From assembly GCA_964498775.1 (NCBI GenBank), contig CAZCJS010000002.1, forward strand, positions 6,142 through 60,747: a stretch of DNA of 54,606 bases, read 5' to 3'. The notes under the pieces are model-generated. The model did not search any database, had not been told where the DNA came from, and saw only the letters and a list, made by a program, of their open reading frames with translations. The position numbers and the translations under genes are program-made. Origin of the DNA: an uncultured Armatimonadia bacterium (GTDB lineage Bacteria > Armatimonadota > Zipacnadia > Zipacnadales > UBA11051). Below, piece by piece: positions 8,752 to 16,756 of the stretch. The first letter of the stretch is position 1. Every line of letters starts with the position of its first letter.

Positions 8752-8857
8752 CTGTCCATCTCCTTTTGGTATTGTTTTCCGTTCTCAATTGCACTCATAC
8801 GCGCGTATGAAGACAATCTATATGCTACGCTCTTGTGGCGAACAGGTCAAACACTTT
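8627..8857 (-). repeat. duplicated promoter, 5' UTR and N-terminal coding block of pseudopilin-like copy 1
   Basis: About 230 bp nearly identical to 9468-9697. Includes a 121-nt perfect run (8648-8768 = 9489-9609) and a 37-nt perfect run over the promoter (8821-8857 = 9661-9697). Confidence 0.85.
8822..8850 (-). promoter_or_regulatory. sigma-70 type promoter of pseudopilin-like copy 1
   Basis: Minus strand reads TTGACC-N17-TAGCAT. Identical sequence occurs upstream of copy 2. The perfect 16-bp palindrome TCATACGCGCGTATGA (8795-8810) lies just downstream of the -10. Confidence 0.55.
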
Positions 8858-8932
8858 GCCACCATCAGGGAGCTGTTTTTTTGCGCCATAGGGAGGACGA
8901 AAATCATCGTTGCCGTGAGTTGCGGTTTGTGG

Positions 8933-9592
8933 TCAGTGGCTGCCGGACAGACTCCACTGACATTCGGATGCGGTGCATTTGATCGACTCGGGGCGGTCCC
9001 ACTTGGCGTGGCCATCGGCATAGAGCCAGTTTGCGCCTTCGTTGTGGCGCTTGCCGGCGGCATCGGTGTAGAGGAAGCCGGGGTCATTTGTGTTGTAGGA
9101 ATGTCCGAGCCAGGCACCGCCAGTGGCGCCGATTTCACCGACCAGGATGGTGGATGCCGGGTACTGGAATTCGGCCAGTGCCCTCCCGGGTGGCGGATTG
9201 GGGTCACCGGAATCCCTGTGGACGTGATTTATGCCATAGGCGGCGTTCTGATTGTAGTCCATGGTACCGTCAAATGGGTTGGTCATATTCTGACTGGGGC
9301 ACTGGAATATCTGGACGTTGCGGATGTAAGGCAGCAATGCCCAGCGCCAACTGTAGTCGGGCTCGGACCAGTAGCCGTCCGCGTCGAGGTCAAACACATG
9401 GCGCGGTAACATCTCGTCGTAGTCCTGGACATACTGCATGAACGCCAGGCCGATTTGCTTGGTGTTGGACAGACAGTTGCTCTGCCTAGCCTTCTCCCGC
9501 GCCCTCGCGAACACCGGGAAAAGAATCGCCGCCAGAATCGCGATGATGGCGATCACTACTAATAACTCAATCAACGTAAATCCCTTGCGCAT
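8933..9592 (-). CDS. prepilin-type H-X9-DG pseudopilin-like protein, copy 2
   Basis: Same N-terminus from [11 protein letters not shown]. Start set at 9592 by identity with the copy 1 start context (GGAGATGGACAG-ATG); the track ORF extends 12 codons further. C-terminal [16 protein letters not shown]. Confidence 0.88.
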   Translation of the reverse strand: MRKGFTLIELLVVIAIIAILAAILFPVFARAREKARQSNCLSNTKQIGLAFMQYVQDYDEMLPRHVFDLDADGYWSEPDYSWRWALLPYIRNVQIFQCPSQNMTNPFDGTMDYNQNAAYGINHVHRDSGDPNPPPGRALAEFQYPASTILVGEIGATGGAWLGHSYNTNDPGFLYTDAAGKRHNEGANWLYADGHAKWDRPESIKCTASECQWSLSGSH

Positions 9593-9697
9593 CTGTCCAT
9601 CTCCTTTTGTATTGTTTTCCGCTCTCAATTTCCCTCATACGCACGTATGAAGACACTCTGTATGCTACGCTCTTGTGGCGAACAGGTCAAACACTTT
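9468..9697 (-). repeat. duplicated promoter, 5' UTR and N-terminal coding block of pseudopilin-like copy 2
   Basis: Partner of 8627-8857, with a one-base indel in the UTR. Confidence 0.85.
9662..9690 (-). promoter_or_regulatory. sigma-70 type promoter of pseudopilin-like copy 2
   Basis: Minus strand reads TTGACC-N17-TAGCAT. 37 nt are identical to 8821-8857. Near-palindrome TCATACGCACGTATGA at 9635-9650. Confidence 0.55.
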
Positions 9698-9706
9698 CTC
9701 AATGAA

Positions 9707-9751
9707 TACAATGAATACAAAGAGACGAGCGACTCAAATAGGCCGCTCGTC
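9707..9751 (-). terminator. terminator candidate after pseudopilin-like copy 3
   Basis: Minus strand reads GACGAGCG-N12-CGCTCGTC followed by TCTTTGTATTCATTGTATTC. About 30 nt after the stop. The T-rich tail contains a 9-bp tandem repeat, TGTATTCAT x2. Confidence 0.5.
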
Positions 9752-9782
9752 ACCTTGCTCGAAAATAGTGGACTGCAGGCGA

Positions 9783-10436
9783 CTAGTCCTCGATTTCGAT
9801 ACTCATCAGCGAGTCACCGGTCGTCTTGTCAACATCGCCCGGCTTCATCCACTTCGCATGGCCGTCAACGAAGGCATAGTTAGAGCCGTCGTTATGCCGC
9901 TTGCCGTACGTTGAACCCGGCTGCCAGCCGCGGTCATTGCTTTCCTGCCCGATGCTGTGCGTGCCATCGCTTTCCAGAAACAGGACACACGACGCGCCGT
10001 CTTCGACTCTTGCCAGCGCTTGGCCGTACGGCGCTGTCGGCGAGCCGCTGGCCCAGTGACATACGTTCATCGCATAACCCGCATTCATCCCGAAGTCATT
10101 CCACCGGCCGTCAAACACATTGCTCGTAAGCTTCTTGCTCGGGCACATGAACAATTGCGAGTTCTTGCAATACGGCCGGATCATCCCCCGCCATGTTCCG
10201 TCACCGGCATCCTCGGCACCACTACCATTGTAGTCCAGGTCGTCATACGGGATCATCTCATCGTAGTCCTGCACATACATCAGCGTTGCCAGCGCCAACT
10301 GCTTGGTATTCGAAAGACAGTTGCTCTGTCTTGCCTTCTCCCGCGCCCTCGCGAACACCGGGAAGAGGATGGCGGCCAGGATAGCTATAATCGCGATGAC
10401 CACCAGTAGTTCAATCAACGTAAAACCTTTACGCAT
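9783..10436 (-). CDS. prepilin-type H-X9-DG pseudopilin-like protein, copy 3
   Basis: [43 protein letters not shown]... C-terminal [16 protein letters not shown]. The N-terminal codons differ from copies 1 and 2 at many synonymous sites. Confidence 0.9.
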   Translation of the reverse strand: MRKGFTLIELLVVIAIIAILAAILFPVFARAREKARQSNCLSNTKQLALATLMYVQDYDEMIPYDDLDYNGSGAEDAGDGTWRGMIRPYCKNSQLFMCPSKKLTSNVFDGRWNDFGMNAGYAMNVCHWASGSPTAPYGQALARVEDGASCVLFLESDGTHSIGQESNDRGWQPGSTYGKRHNDGSNYAFVDGHAKWMKPGDVDKTTGDSLMSIEIED

Positions 10437-10506
10437 GCGAATCTCTCCTCTCTGTACGCCTCAGATTTGTACGACTGACCGCTGTGCATTCTTGTACTTC
10501 TATACT

Positions 10507-10535
10507 ATGATATGCCCTTTCCCGCCGCAGGTCAA
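10507..10535 (-). promoter_or_regulatory. sigma-70 type promoter of pseudopilin-like copy 3
   Basis: Minus strand reads TTGACC-N17-TATCAT, about 70 nt upstream of the ATG, in a locally AT-richer intergenic region. Confidence 0.55.
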
Positions 10536-10715
10536 TATTTTCTTGCCAAGGTAACGCCACCACCCACACACGCGCATAGCCCTATATATGCTGCGCGTTA
10601 TTCAGACAATACCAGTAAGCCTAAAACTATTATTACCCATCACCCTCGCACTCCAAACGATTCCTTGCCGTCTATTGACATCCATTTCACTCCCTGCAGT
10701 TGTCTCCCTTCGCCT

Positions 10716-11789
10716 CTACCACCAATACCTCCGGAACTCCTCCATCGCTGCACATAGGGCTTCCACATTCTCCGCCGGAGTCGGTGGGTAGATCCCACAC
10801 AGCAATTCGAGGCCTCCTTGCGGCGACCCCAGCTTCCGCACTTCCTCCGCGATCAATTCTCGCACCTCCGCCGCCGTCCCAAACGGTACTACCGTCTGCC
10901 GGTCTATATCCAGCCGGATGCACATACGCCCTTTGACCTCCCGCGCCAGGGCGTCAATCCCGTTGCAGAGGTCCTGGGGGTTGATGATATCAATGCCGCA
11001 CTTGACGAACTCATCCATCAACTCCATGATATACCCGTCGCTATGCAGCGCTATTAGGCATCCCGCCTCCCGACATGGCTTTATCAGCTTTCTATATGCC
11101 GGCGTAATCCATTGCGCGAAGTCCTTTGGGCTGATGACTGAGGCCGTCTGGGTCCCCAAATCCTCGCCGAATTCCATCTTATCCACGCCGATATCCAGCC
11201 ACTGGCCGATGAGCCGTGAGTTATGGGCAACCAGCATATCAATCAGTTCTTGTAGGCGCGGTTCTTGCGTTGCGAAGTCATACATGAGGTTCTCGAAGCC
11301 GCGCAGGTAGTACATCCGCATGAACAAGTAGCCGTGCGGAACACCTCCGGAGGTTAGCTCCCCGCGCGCTCGTTTGCCCTCGATACTGCGCCGGTTTGCC
11401 TCCCAGTCAACCGGCCCGCGGTCTCCCGTCTGGACCGGATCGGGTGCCTCATAACTTGCCAGATCATCCCATTCGGCCAGTAGCGAGTTGATTACTACGC
11501 CTTCGATACCGTCTATATCACTGCGCCAGATGCAGCCCCAGGCGTCCTCAAAATACTCGCCCGCTCGATGTGCGGGGCCGAAGTCCCAGTTGTCGTAGTC
11601 GCGCCGTCCTTTCTCAAAGCCCGGAAACAGAACCGGGTGTTGCGCCATGACTTCCTCTACATCATCCCGCAACTGATTGTACGAGGCCCCCGAGATCACC
11701 ACCCGACACGGTATCCATTCGGGGCTTTCCGCATTATCCCGTCCCATCTTGACTGTCCGCAGATAGTTCTCGCGTTCCGATATCGCCAT
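10716..11789 (-). CDS. uroporphyrinogen decarboxylase (URO-D) family protein, possibly a MtaA/CmuA-like methyltransferase-type member
   Basis: 357 aa. The C-terminal half shows the URO-D family pattern: LIALHSDGYIMELMDEFVKCGIDIINPQD...RLDIDRQTVVPFGTAAEVRELIAEEV...GGLELLCGIYPPTPAENVEAL. Family call by eye only. Confidence 0.55.
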   Translation of the reverse strand: MAISERENYLRTVKMGRDNAESPEWIPCRVVISGASYNQLRDDVEEVMAQHPVLFPGFEKGRRDYDNWDFGPAHRAGEYFEDAWGCIWRSDIDGIEGVVINSLLAEWDDLASYEAPDPVQTGDRGPVDWEANRRSIEGKRARGELTSGGVPHGYLFMRMYYLRGFENLMYDFATQEPRLQELIDMLVAHNSRLIGQWLDIGVDKMEFGEDLGTQTASVISPKDFAQWITPAYRKLIKPCREAGCLIALHSDGYIMELMDEFVKCGIDIINPQDLCNGIDALAREVKGRMCIRLDIDRQTVVPFGTAAEVRELIAEEVRKLGSPQGGLELLCGIYPPTPAENVEALCAAMEEFRRYWW

Positions 11790-11863
11790 CCTTCAACCTC
11801 CACTCGATACCTGCGCCCGCCGGTTGCCGATGTCTCTTCGCCCTCCCGCTGTTGCCTTGCTTA

Positions 11864-11896
11864 CCGCTCTGCGCAGCGGAGGAGGGGGGCCCCAAC
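11864..11896. repeat. short GC-rich palindromic intergenic element (REP-like), copy A
   Basis: CCGCTCTGCGCAGCGGAGGAGGGGGGCCCCAAC just downstream of the ADH stop. Related to 13043-13088. Confidence 0.45.
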
Positions 11897-11910
11897 GCTG
11901 TTCGCCTTAG

Positions 11911-13011
11911 TCAGCTTTTCACCGCCACTCGCAGCATATCTTTCCGCGTCTGGGCTTGCTTGACCGCCTGCTCTATCTCCGCCAACGGGTACTCCTCGGC
12001 GACCACCGTATCAAACGGGAATTTCCGCCCCTCACCGCTGAGGAAGTTCAGTGCCGTTTCGAGATCTTGCGGCGCGTAGTTATGCAGGCCCTGGATAGTG
12101 ATTAGTCGTGTGATGATGTCATACGCATCGAGCTGCACCATTGCACCGGGAAATACGCATCCGGCCCACAGATAGCGCCCACCGATCCGCAGCGCATCCA
12201 GTCCCTGCGCTATTGCCGCGGGCTGGCCGCAGGCCTCAATTGCGGCATCGCAGCCATGTTCGCCGAAGATATCCCTTGCTGTCGCGCCGAATTCCTCATC
12301 CGCGAGATCGGTCACATTCAGCGTATCTGTCGCCCCGAAGCGCCGCGCCTGTTGCAGCCGCTGCCCGCTCACATCCGTCGCCAGCACCACCTTTGCACCA
12401 TGGGCGGAGCACAGCGCACACGCACACAGCCCGACGAGACCTGCCCCTTGCACGAGCACTGTTGCACCCGCCTCAACCTGGATCATTCTCACTGCTGCGG
12501 CCATCGTCGCCAGAGAGCAGTTTGCGAACACCACGGTCGCATCATCCAGCTCATCGGGGATACGCAGAATAGTGGTACCGGGCACAAGATAGACATACTC
12601 GGCGAAGCCCCCATTCAGTGCCGGCTCGACTCCAATGCTTTCATGTCCATACTTGAAAAGCGACGTGCACTTTTGCGGAATCCCATGGCGGCAGTAGAAA
12701 CACTCCTCGCAACTGGCGGCAATACCCCACGTCACTCGTTGCCCGATTGCGAGGGGCTTACCGCCGGCATCGTGCGTCACTTCTTCACCCAGCGCGGCGA
12801 TCGTGCCACATATTTCATGCCCGAGGATCAGGGGCCCTTTGGGCTGCCTGCGCCCCTCAATAGTATGCAGATCCGACCCACAGATGGCGCTGAGGCTCAC
12901 GCGCACGAGTGTTTCTCCTGCCCTTGGGGGCCGCACCGGCATCTGCACCAGTTCCAGCTTTGCCTGCTCCGGATGATACACTGCTGCCATACAGTTCTCA
13001 GGTATGGGCAT
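11911..13011 (-). CDS. zinc-dependent medium-chain alcohol dehydrogenase, possibly of the phosphonate-catabolism-associated clade
   Basis: 366 aa. Catalytic Zn motif GHEICGTIAALGEEV, structural Zn cluster CEECFYCRHGIPQKC, Rossmann motif VLVQGAGLVGL. Immediately downstream of phnX on the same strand. Confidence 0.8.
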   Translation of the reverse strand: MPIPENCMAAVYHPEQAKLELVQMPVRPPRAGETLVRVSLSAICGSDLHTIEGRRQPKGPLILGHEICGTIAALGEEVTHDAGGKPLAIGQRVTWGIAASCEECFYCRHGIPQKCTSLFKYGHESIGVEPALNGGFAEYVYLVPGTTILRIPDELDDATVVFANCSLATMAAAVRMIQVEAGATVLVQGAGLVGLCACALCSAHGAKVVLATDVSGQRLQQARRFGATDTLNVTDLADEEFGATARDIFGEHGCDAAIEACGQPAAIAQGLDALRIGGRYLWAGCVFPGAMVQLDAYDIITRLITIQGLHNYAPQDLETALNFLSGEGRKFPFDTVVAEEYPLAEIEQAVKQAQTRKDMLRVAVKS

Positions 13012-13042
13012 CCATCCGACTCCTCACTTTTTGCCCTCTCTG

Positions 13043-13088
13043 CCGCTCCGCACAGCGGAGTGGGGGGGCTGGGGTATATGACCCCAAC
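13043..13088. repeat. short GC-rich palindromic intergenic element (REP-like), copy B
   Basis: CCGCTCCGCACAGCGGAGTGGGGGGG-ctggggtatatga-CCCCAAC just downstream of the phnX stop. Contains CTCCGC-aca-GCGGAG and TGGGGT-atatg-ACCCCA hairpins. Confidence 0.45.
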
Positions 13089-13148
13089 AGGGTGGGGGGG
13101 GGGAGCCCCACGGTATTGGTGTTGCCTCTCAGCCGTTCGCCATTACAG

Positions 13149-13994
13149 CTATTCACGCATGTTCTTTTCGATTAGTTCAATCAATTCCGGCACTTCTTCG
13201 ACGCTTTCGACGACATAATCGGCGCCGGCTTCGTGGAGGCGTTTTTCCGCCGTTGCGATGCGCGCGGCGAGCTCTTCCGGCGCAAGCTGGGCCACTTCCT
13301 GCTCGGCGAGGCCGAGTTCATTGCCGGTCCGCGTGACACCGATGCTCCAGACTCCGGCATTGAGTCCTTCGTGCACATCGGCTATGGTATCGCCGACTTT
13401 CACTACTGCTGCGGCCGGATAGACGCCGGTATTCATCATATTCTGATAGATCATCCATGGCGCGGGGCGTCCGGCGGGCACATCTGTCGAGCACACGATC
13501 GCGTCCGGTTCATAGCCGAACTCTGCCGCATGGGGCACGAGCACGTCCATTATCTCTCTGAAGTACCCGGTGGTCGAGCCTATTTTGATATCTCGTTCCC
13601 GCAGCCAGGCCATTGTTTCAAGCATCCCGGTAATCGGCTTTGAGTATTGCCTGACGACCTCGATTTCCGCCTCCTTGAAGTCGGCAAACAGCGCGTCAAT
13701 ATCTTCGCCGGTGCAGTCCCGGCCGTACTGATTACGCCACAGTTCAGCCACTGGCGGCATTGCCATAATTGCTTCGATATGGTCGCGCTTATCCATACCC
13801 ATCGGTTCTCGCGCCTGGGCCATAGTTAGTGCGATGCCATGCCGGCCGAAGATTTCGATAAACACACTTGCCGGCGCGAAACAGCCGTGATCCACGGTGG
13901 TCCCTGCCCAGTCGAAGATTGCGAGTCGCACTGGCCCTTTGTACTGCCCTCTATAACCCTGCTCCATTTTCTCGACTCCCTTATCCACATCCAT
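13149..13994 (-). CDS. phnX: phosphonoacetaldehyde hydrolase (phosphonatase) PhnX
   Basis: AIFDWAGTTVDHGCFAP (HAD motif I plus PhnX-specific context), PMGMDKRDHI, IKIGSTTGY, DVPAGRPAPWM, VKVGDTIADVHEGLNAG. Collinear with Bacillus PhnX as I remember it. An alternative start at 13967 has GGGAG upstream. Confidence 0.88.
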   Translation of the reverse strand: MDVDKGVEKMEQGYRGQYKGPVRLAIFDWAGTTVDHGCFAPASVFIEIFGRHGIALTMAQAREPMGMDKRDHIEAIMAMPPVAELWRNQYGRDCTGEDIDALFADFKEAEIEVVRQYSKPITGMLETMAWLRERDIKIGSTTGYFREIMDVLVPHAAEFGYEPDAIVCSTDVPAGRPAPWMIYQNMMNTGVYPAAAVVKVGDTIADVHEGLNAGVWSIGVTRTGNELGLAEQEVAQLAPEELAARIATAEKRLHEAGADYVVESVEEVPELIELIEKNMRE

Positions 13995-14116
13995 CTTCCC
14001 GGCGATCTGCTGGCGGTAAAGTTAGCTGACAAGGCCACAAGGACCTTGCCAGCTATACATCTCTTCACATCCAAACATGCTACCTGCAGAAGGCGAGGAG
14101 GCGTTCAGGTACACGA

Positions 14117-14389
14117 CTACAGCTTCTCTAAAACATCGTGCCTGCCGAGCCGCAAGAGCACATACCCCTCGGTCGTGATCAGGAACAGGAACCGGTAGTC
14201 CATATTGATACTGCCCTCATAGACCTCTTCGTACTTCCGGACCCGCTTCACCCGCAAGGACGGGTGGGCCACATTATCGGCCAGATACTGGAGTTTCCTG
14301 TCGGTCTGCTTTTGCACCTGAGGCGGCAGTTTCCGGTAGTCTTCAAGGAACCGCCGGGTCCTAATGAGCATCATCGTGTAGCTCTTCAA
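14117..14389 (-). CDS. type II toxin, RelE/ParE superfamily-like
   Basis: About 85-90 aa. FLEDYRKLPPQVQKQTDRKLQYLADNVAHPSLRVKRV...YRFLFLITTEGYVLLRLGRHD. Overlaps the 3' end of the upstream antitoxin ORF. The start may be an internal Met at 14374 or 14371. Confidence 0.65.
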   Translation of the reverse strand: MKSYTMMLIRTRRFLEDYRKLPPQVQKQTDRKLQYLADNVAHPSLRVKRVRKYEEVYEGSINMDYRFLFLITTEGYVLLRLGRHDVLEKL

Positions 14390-14642
14390 TCAGAGCCTCT
14401 ACGCTGTCGTGCTCCTTGACCCGGCCCTCGCGGACATCTTCGAGAGCCTCCTCCAGCATCTGCTCGCCTTTCTGTGACAGGCTCACTGGCGGCAGTTTGG
14501 TCACCAGCGCCTGAGGCACCAGGACTATCTTGTTGCCGTCCACTGTGACCTGTAGATAGTCGCCCTCCTCAATGCCAAGCGCCTGCCGAATTTTGAGGGG
14601 CAGCGTGATCTGCGCCTTAGTCTTCACCTTCACCAGTGGCAT
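14361..14642 (-). CDS. type II antitoxin, AbrB/MazE/SpoVT-type DNA-binding domain
   Basis: 93 aa. MPLVKVKTKAQITLPLKIRQALGIEEGDYLQVTVDGNKIVLVPQ (looped-hinge-helix pattern) and an acidic C-terminal tail. AGGAGA lies upstream of the ATG. Confidence 0.7.
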   Translation of the reverse strand: MPLVKVKTKAQITLPLKIRQALGIEEGDYLQVTVDGNKIVLVPQALVTKLPPVSLSQKGEQMLEEALEDVREGRVKEHDSVEALIEELHDDAH

Positions 14643-14685
14643 AACGGGCTGCTCTCCTTTGTCTATAGCTCATGTCACTGTAGTA

Positions 14686-14712
14686 TAGTAAGAAAGTATT
14701 ACGTTCTTACTA
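14686..14712. promoter_or_regulatory. inverted repeat, candidate operator of the toxin-antitoxin operon
   Basis: TAGTAAGAA-N9-TTCTTACTA (perfect 9-bp arms), 45-70 nt upstream of the antitoxin ATG and overlapping a TATACT -10-like hexamer on the minus strand. Confidence 0.5.
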
Positions 14713-14826
14713 TGCGCCACTGTCGGCCCTTTGTCAAGGCCCTGCATACGCGCCAACCATCCCCGCGCCCGTGGGCATAACATCGGCATCGCATCCAGGT
14801 GCAGGCTAAATGCGTCCACATCCTCA

Positions 14827-15423
14827 TCACAGGTTCATATAGATTGAGAACACCCGGTAATCCTTACAGAACTGGCTCTCGGTCAGCCATTTCGCGTGAC
14901 CGTCGAAATAGATATGGTTCACGCCTCCGTTATGTCGCACGGTTACGGTCCCGTTATCACACCGCGACCCGCTGTTGGCGCAGCGCGGGTAGTGGTTGAT
15001 ATACGATGTCGACTCCCAGACCATGATTCTCTGCGCGGGTTCCTCGATCATCCCCAGCCGCGTCCGCTCCCAGTGCTCCGGCCGGAACGCGCCGCCGCAG
15101 CAGGCTCCGTAGCTCAGCGTCGGCGGCGTGTCAGTACCTATCCGGTCATCGCTCGGACAGATGAAGATCTGGTCGTTCTTCACATAGGGCCTGATCACGT
15201 TGTACCACGCCCCGCCTTGATACCGACTCGGGAAGTACTCGTCGAAATCATCAATGTACATTCTTATGCCCAGACCCAACTGCCTCACATTTGACAGACA
15301 CGACGTCTGCCTTGCCTTTTCCCGCGCCCGCGCGAACACGGGAAACAGGATCGCCGCCAAGATGGCGATTATCGCTATCACGACCAGCAACTCAATCAAC
15401 GTAAAGCCGTGCTCTCTCCTCAT
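14827..15423 (-). CDS. prepilin-type H-X9-DG pseudopilin-like protein, copy 4
   Basis: [46 protein letters not shown]-terminal [16 protein letters not shown]. The ATG at 15423 has GAGGAG 8 nt upstream; the track ORF starts at GTG 15432. Confidence 0.88.
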   Translation of the reverse strand: MRREHGFTLIELLVVIAIIAILAAILFPVFARAREKARQTSCLSNVRQLGLGIRMYIDDFDEYFPSRYQGGAWYNVIRPYVKNDQIFICPSDDRIGTDTPPTLSYGACCGGAFRPEHWERTRLGMIEEPAQRIMVWESTSYINHYPRCANSGSRCDNGTVTVRHNGGVNHIYFDGHAKWLTESQFCKDYRVFSIYMNL

Positions 15424-15536
15424 CTGTATCACTCCTCAGTATTTTCGTACTAATCTACCGCACGACTCCCACGCGCATATACTACCACAAACCAGGTCAC
15501 TTTTCACCCCTCCTTTCATTACCACCTCCTTCATTC

Positions 15537-15552
15537 CGGAACGACTATTGCT
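15537..15552 (+). promoter_or_regulatory. candidate sigma-54 type promoter for flhB-flhA
   Basis: cGGAAC-gacta-TTGCT with exact GG-N10-GC spacing. The -12 C is only 13 nt before the flhB ATG, and the intervening sequence (tccttcattcctc) has no SD. Confidence 0.35.
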
Positions 15553-15564
15553 CCTTCATTCCTC

Positions 15565-16668
15565 ATGGCAACGGAGGAAAAGACCGAACAAGCCACCCCC
15601 CGCCGCCGCCAGAAGGTGCGCGAGGAGGGCCAGGTGGCCCAGAGCAAGGACCTCACCGGCGCAATATCCCTCGCCGCCGCCATCGCCGTTTACAACCTCG
15701 CCGGCAGCGCTATCGGCCGCTCCCTTGCCAACGCTACCGAGTGTCACTTCATTGACGCCGCCTCGGTTGCCTTTACCGCCACTGCTCTCAGCCGCCAGGC
15801 CACCACCTGGCTGGGTCTTATCGCCGCTGCAGTCATGCCGGTGGCCCTTGCCGCCCTTGCCGCCGGCCTCACCGCAAACCTCATCCAGACCGGCTTCATC
15901 TTCGCCACTAAGCGCATCAACCCCACCGCCGACAAGCTCAACCCTCTCAACGGTCTCAAGCGCATATTCTCCCTCAACGGCCTTGTCGAAGCCGCGAAGG
16001 GCCTCCTCAAGGTCGTCATCGTCGCCTTCATCGCCTGGATCACCCTCAGCGCTCATCAGGCCGAGCTCCTCAATCTCCAGCGCATGGCGCTTCCGCAGGC
16101 CCTCAGCCTGGTCTCCGCCATCGTTTTCCAGTTCGCCATTAGATATTGTGTGGCGCTGGTAGTCATCGGCGGCGCTGATTATGCCTTTCAGCGCTGGCAG
16201 CATGAGAAGCAGTTGCGGATGAGCCGCCACGAAATCAAGCGCGAGCATCGCGAGGCCGAGGGCGACCCACAAGTCCGCGCTCAGCGCCGCCGGCACGCCC
16301 GCGCACTTCTTCAGCAGGGCATATCTCACCAGATGCCGCATGCCGATGTCGTAGTCACCAACCCGACGCACCTGGCCATAGCTCTGCTGTACGAGGATGG
16401 GCAAATGCCGGCTCCGCTTGTGGTCGCCAAGGGAAAGGGTGGCATAGCCGCCCGCATCAGAGACCTCGCCCACACTTACGCCATCCCCATCGTCGAGGAG
16501 CCGACCACTGCCCGTGCGCTATATGAATCGAGCCGCCTCGGCGAGTTAGTCCCTCCGGTTCTTTATCAGGCAGTCGCCGAGATCCTCGCTACTGTGTATC
16601 GAGCTGCTGCGGAGCGCCAGGCCCGCCGCCTCGCCCGTCTCCGTGCCCACAACTCCCCTCCTCCATAG
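15565..16668 (+). CDS. flhB: flagellar export apparatus protein FlhB
   Basis: 367 aa. MATEEKTEQATPRRRQKVREEGQVAQSKDL N-terminus, four TM segments, autocleavage motif VVVTNPTHLAIAL. Confidence 0.93.
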   Translation: MATEEKTEQATPRRRQKVREEGQVAQSKDLTGAISLAAAIAVYNLAGSAIGRSLANATECHFIDAASVAFTATALSRQATTWLGLIAAAVMPVALAALAAGLTANLIQTGFIFATKRINPTADKLNPLNGLKRIFSLNGLVEAAKGLLKVVIVAFIAWITLSAHQAELLNLQRMALPQALSLVSAIVFQFAIRYCVALVVIGGADYAFQRWQHEKQLRMSRHEIKREHREAEGDPQVRAQRRRHARALLQQGISHQMPHADVVVTNPTHLAIALLYEDGQMPAPLVVAKGKGGIAARIRDLAHTYAIPIVEEPTTARALYESSRLGELVPPVLYQAVAEILATVYRAAAERQARRLARLRAHNSPPP

Positions 16669-16756
16669 CCCGCGCCATGGAATTTGCGCAGCAAACTCCT
16701 AAGCGGACGTGGCAGCGTCTACAGGCACGCTTGTTGCAGCTATACATCCCACGCAA

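Noticed and set aside
8588-9409. 273-aa plus-strand ORF covering the pseudopilin copy 1/copy 2 region
   Set aside because: It is antisense to two genes with clear prepilin signatures and crosses their intergenic promoter region. It has no motifs.
15433-15520. Search for a TTGACC-N17 promoter for pseudopilin-like copy 4, like those of the other four
   Set aside because: Only GTGACC is present, with a 13-nt spacer to TATATG, which is the wrong spacing. No convincing promoter could be called.
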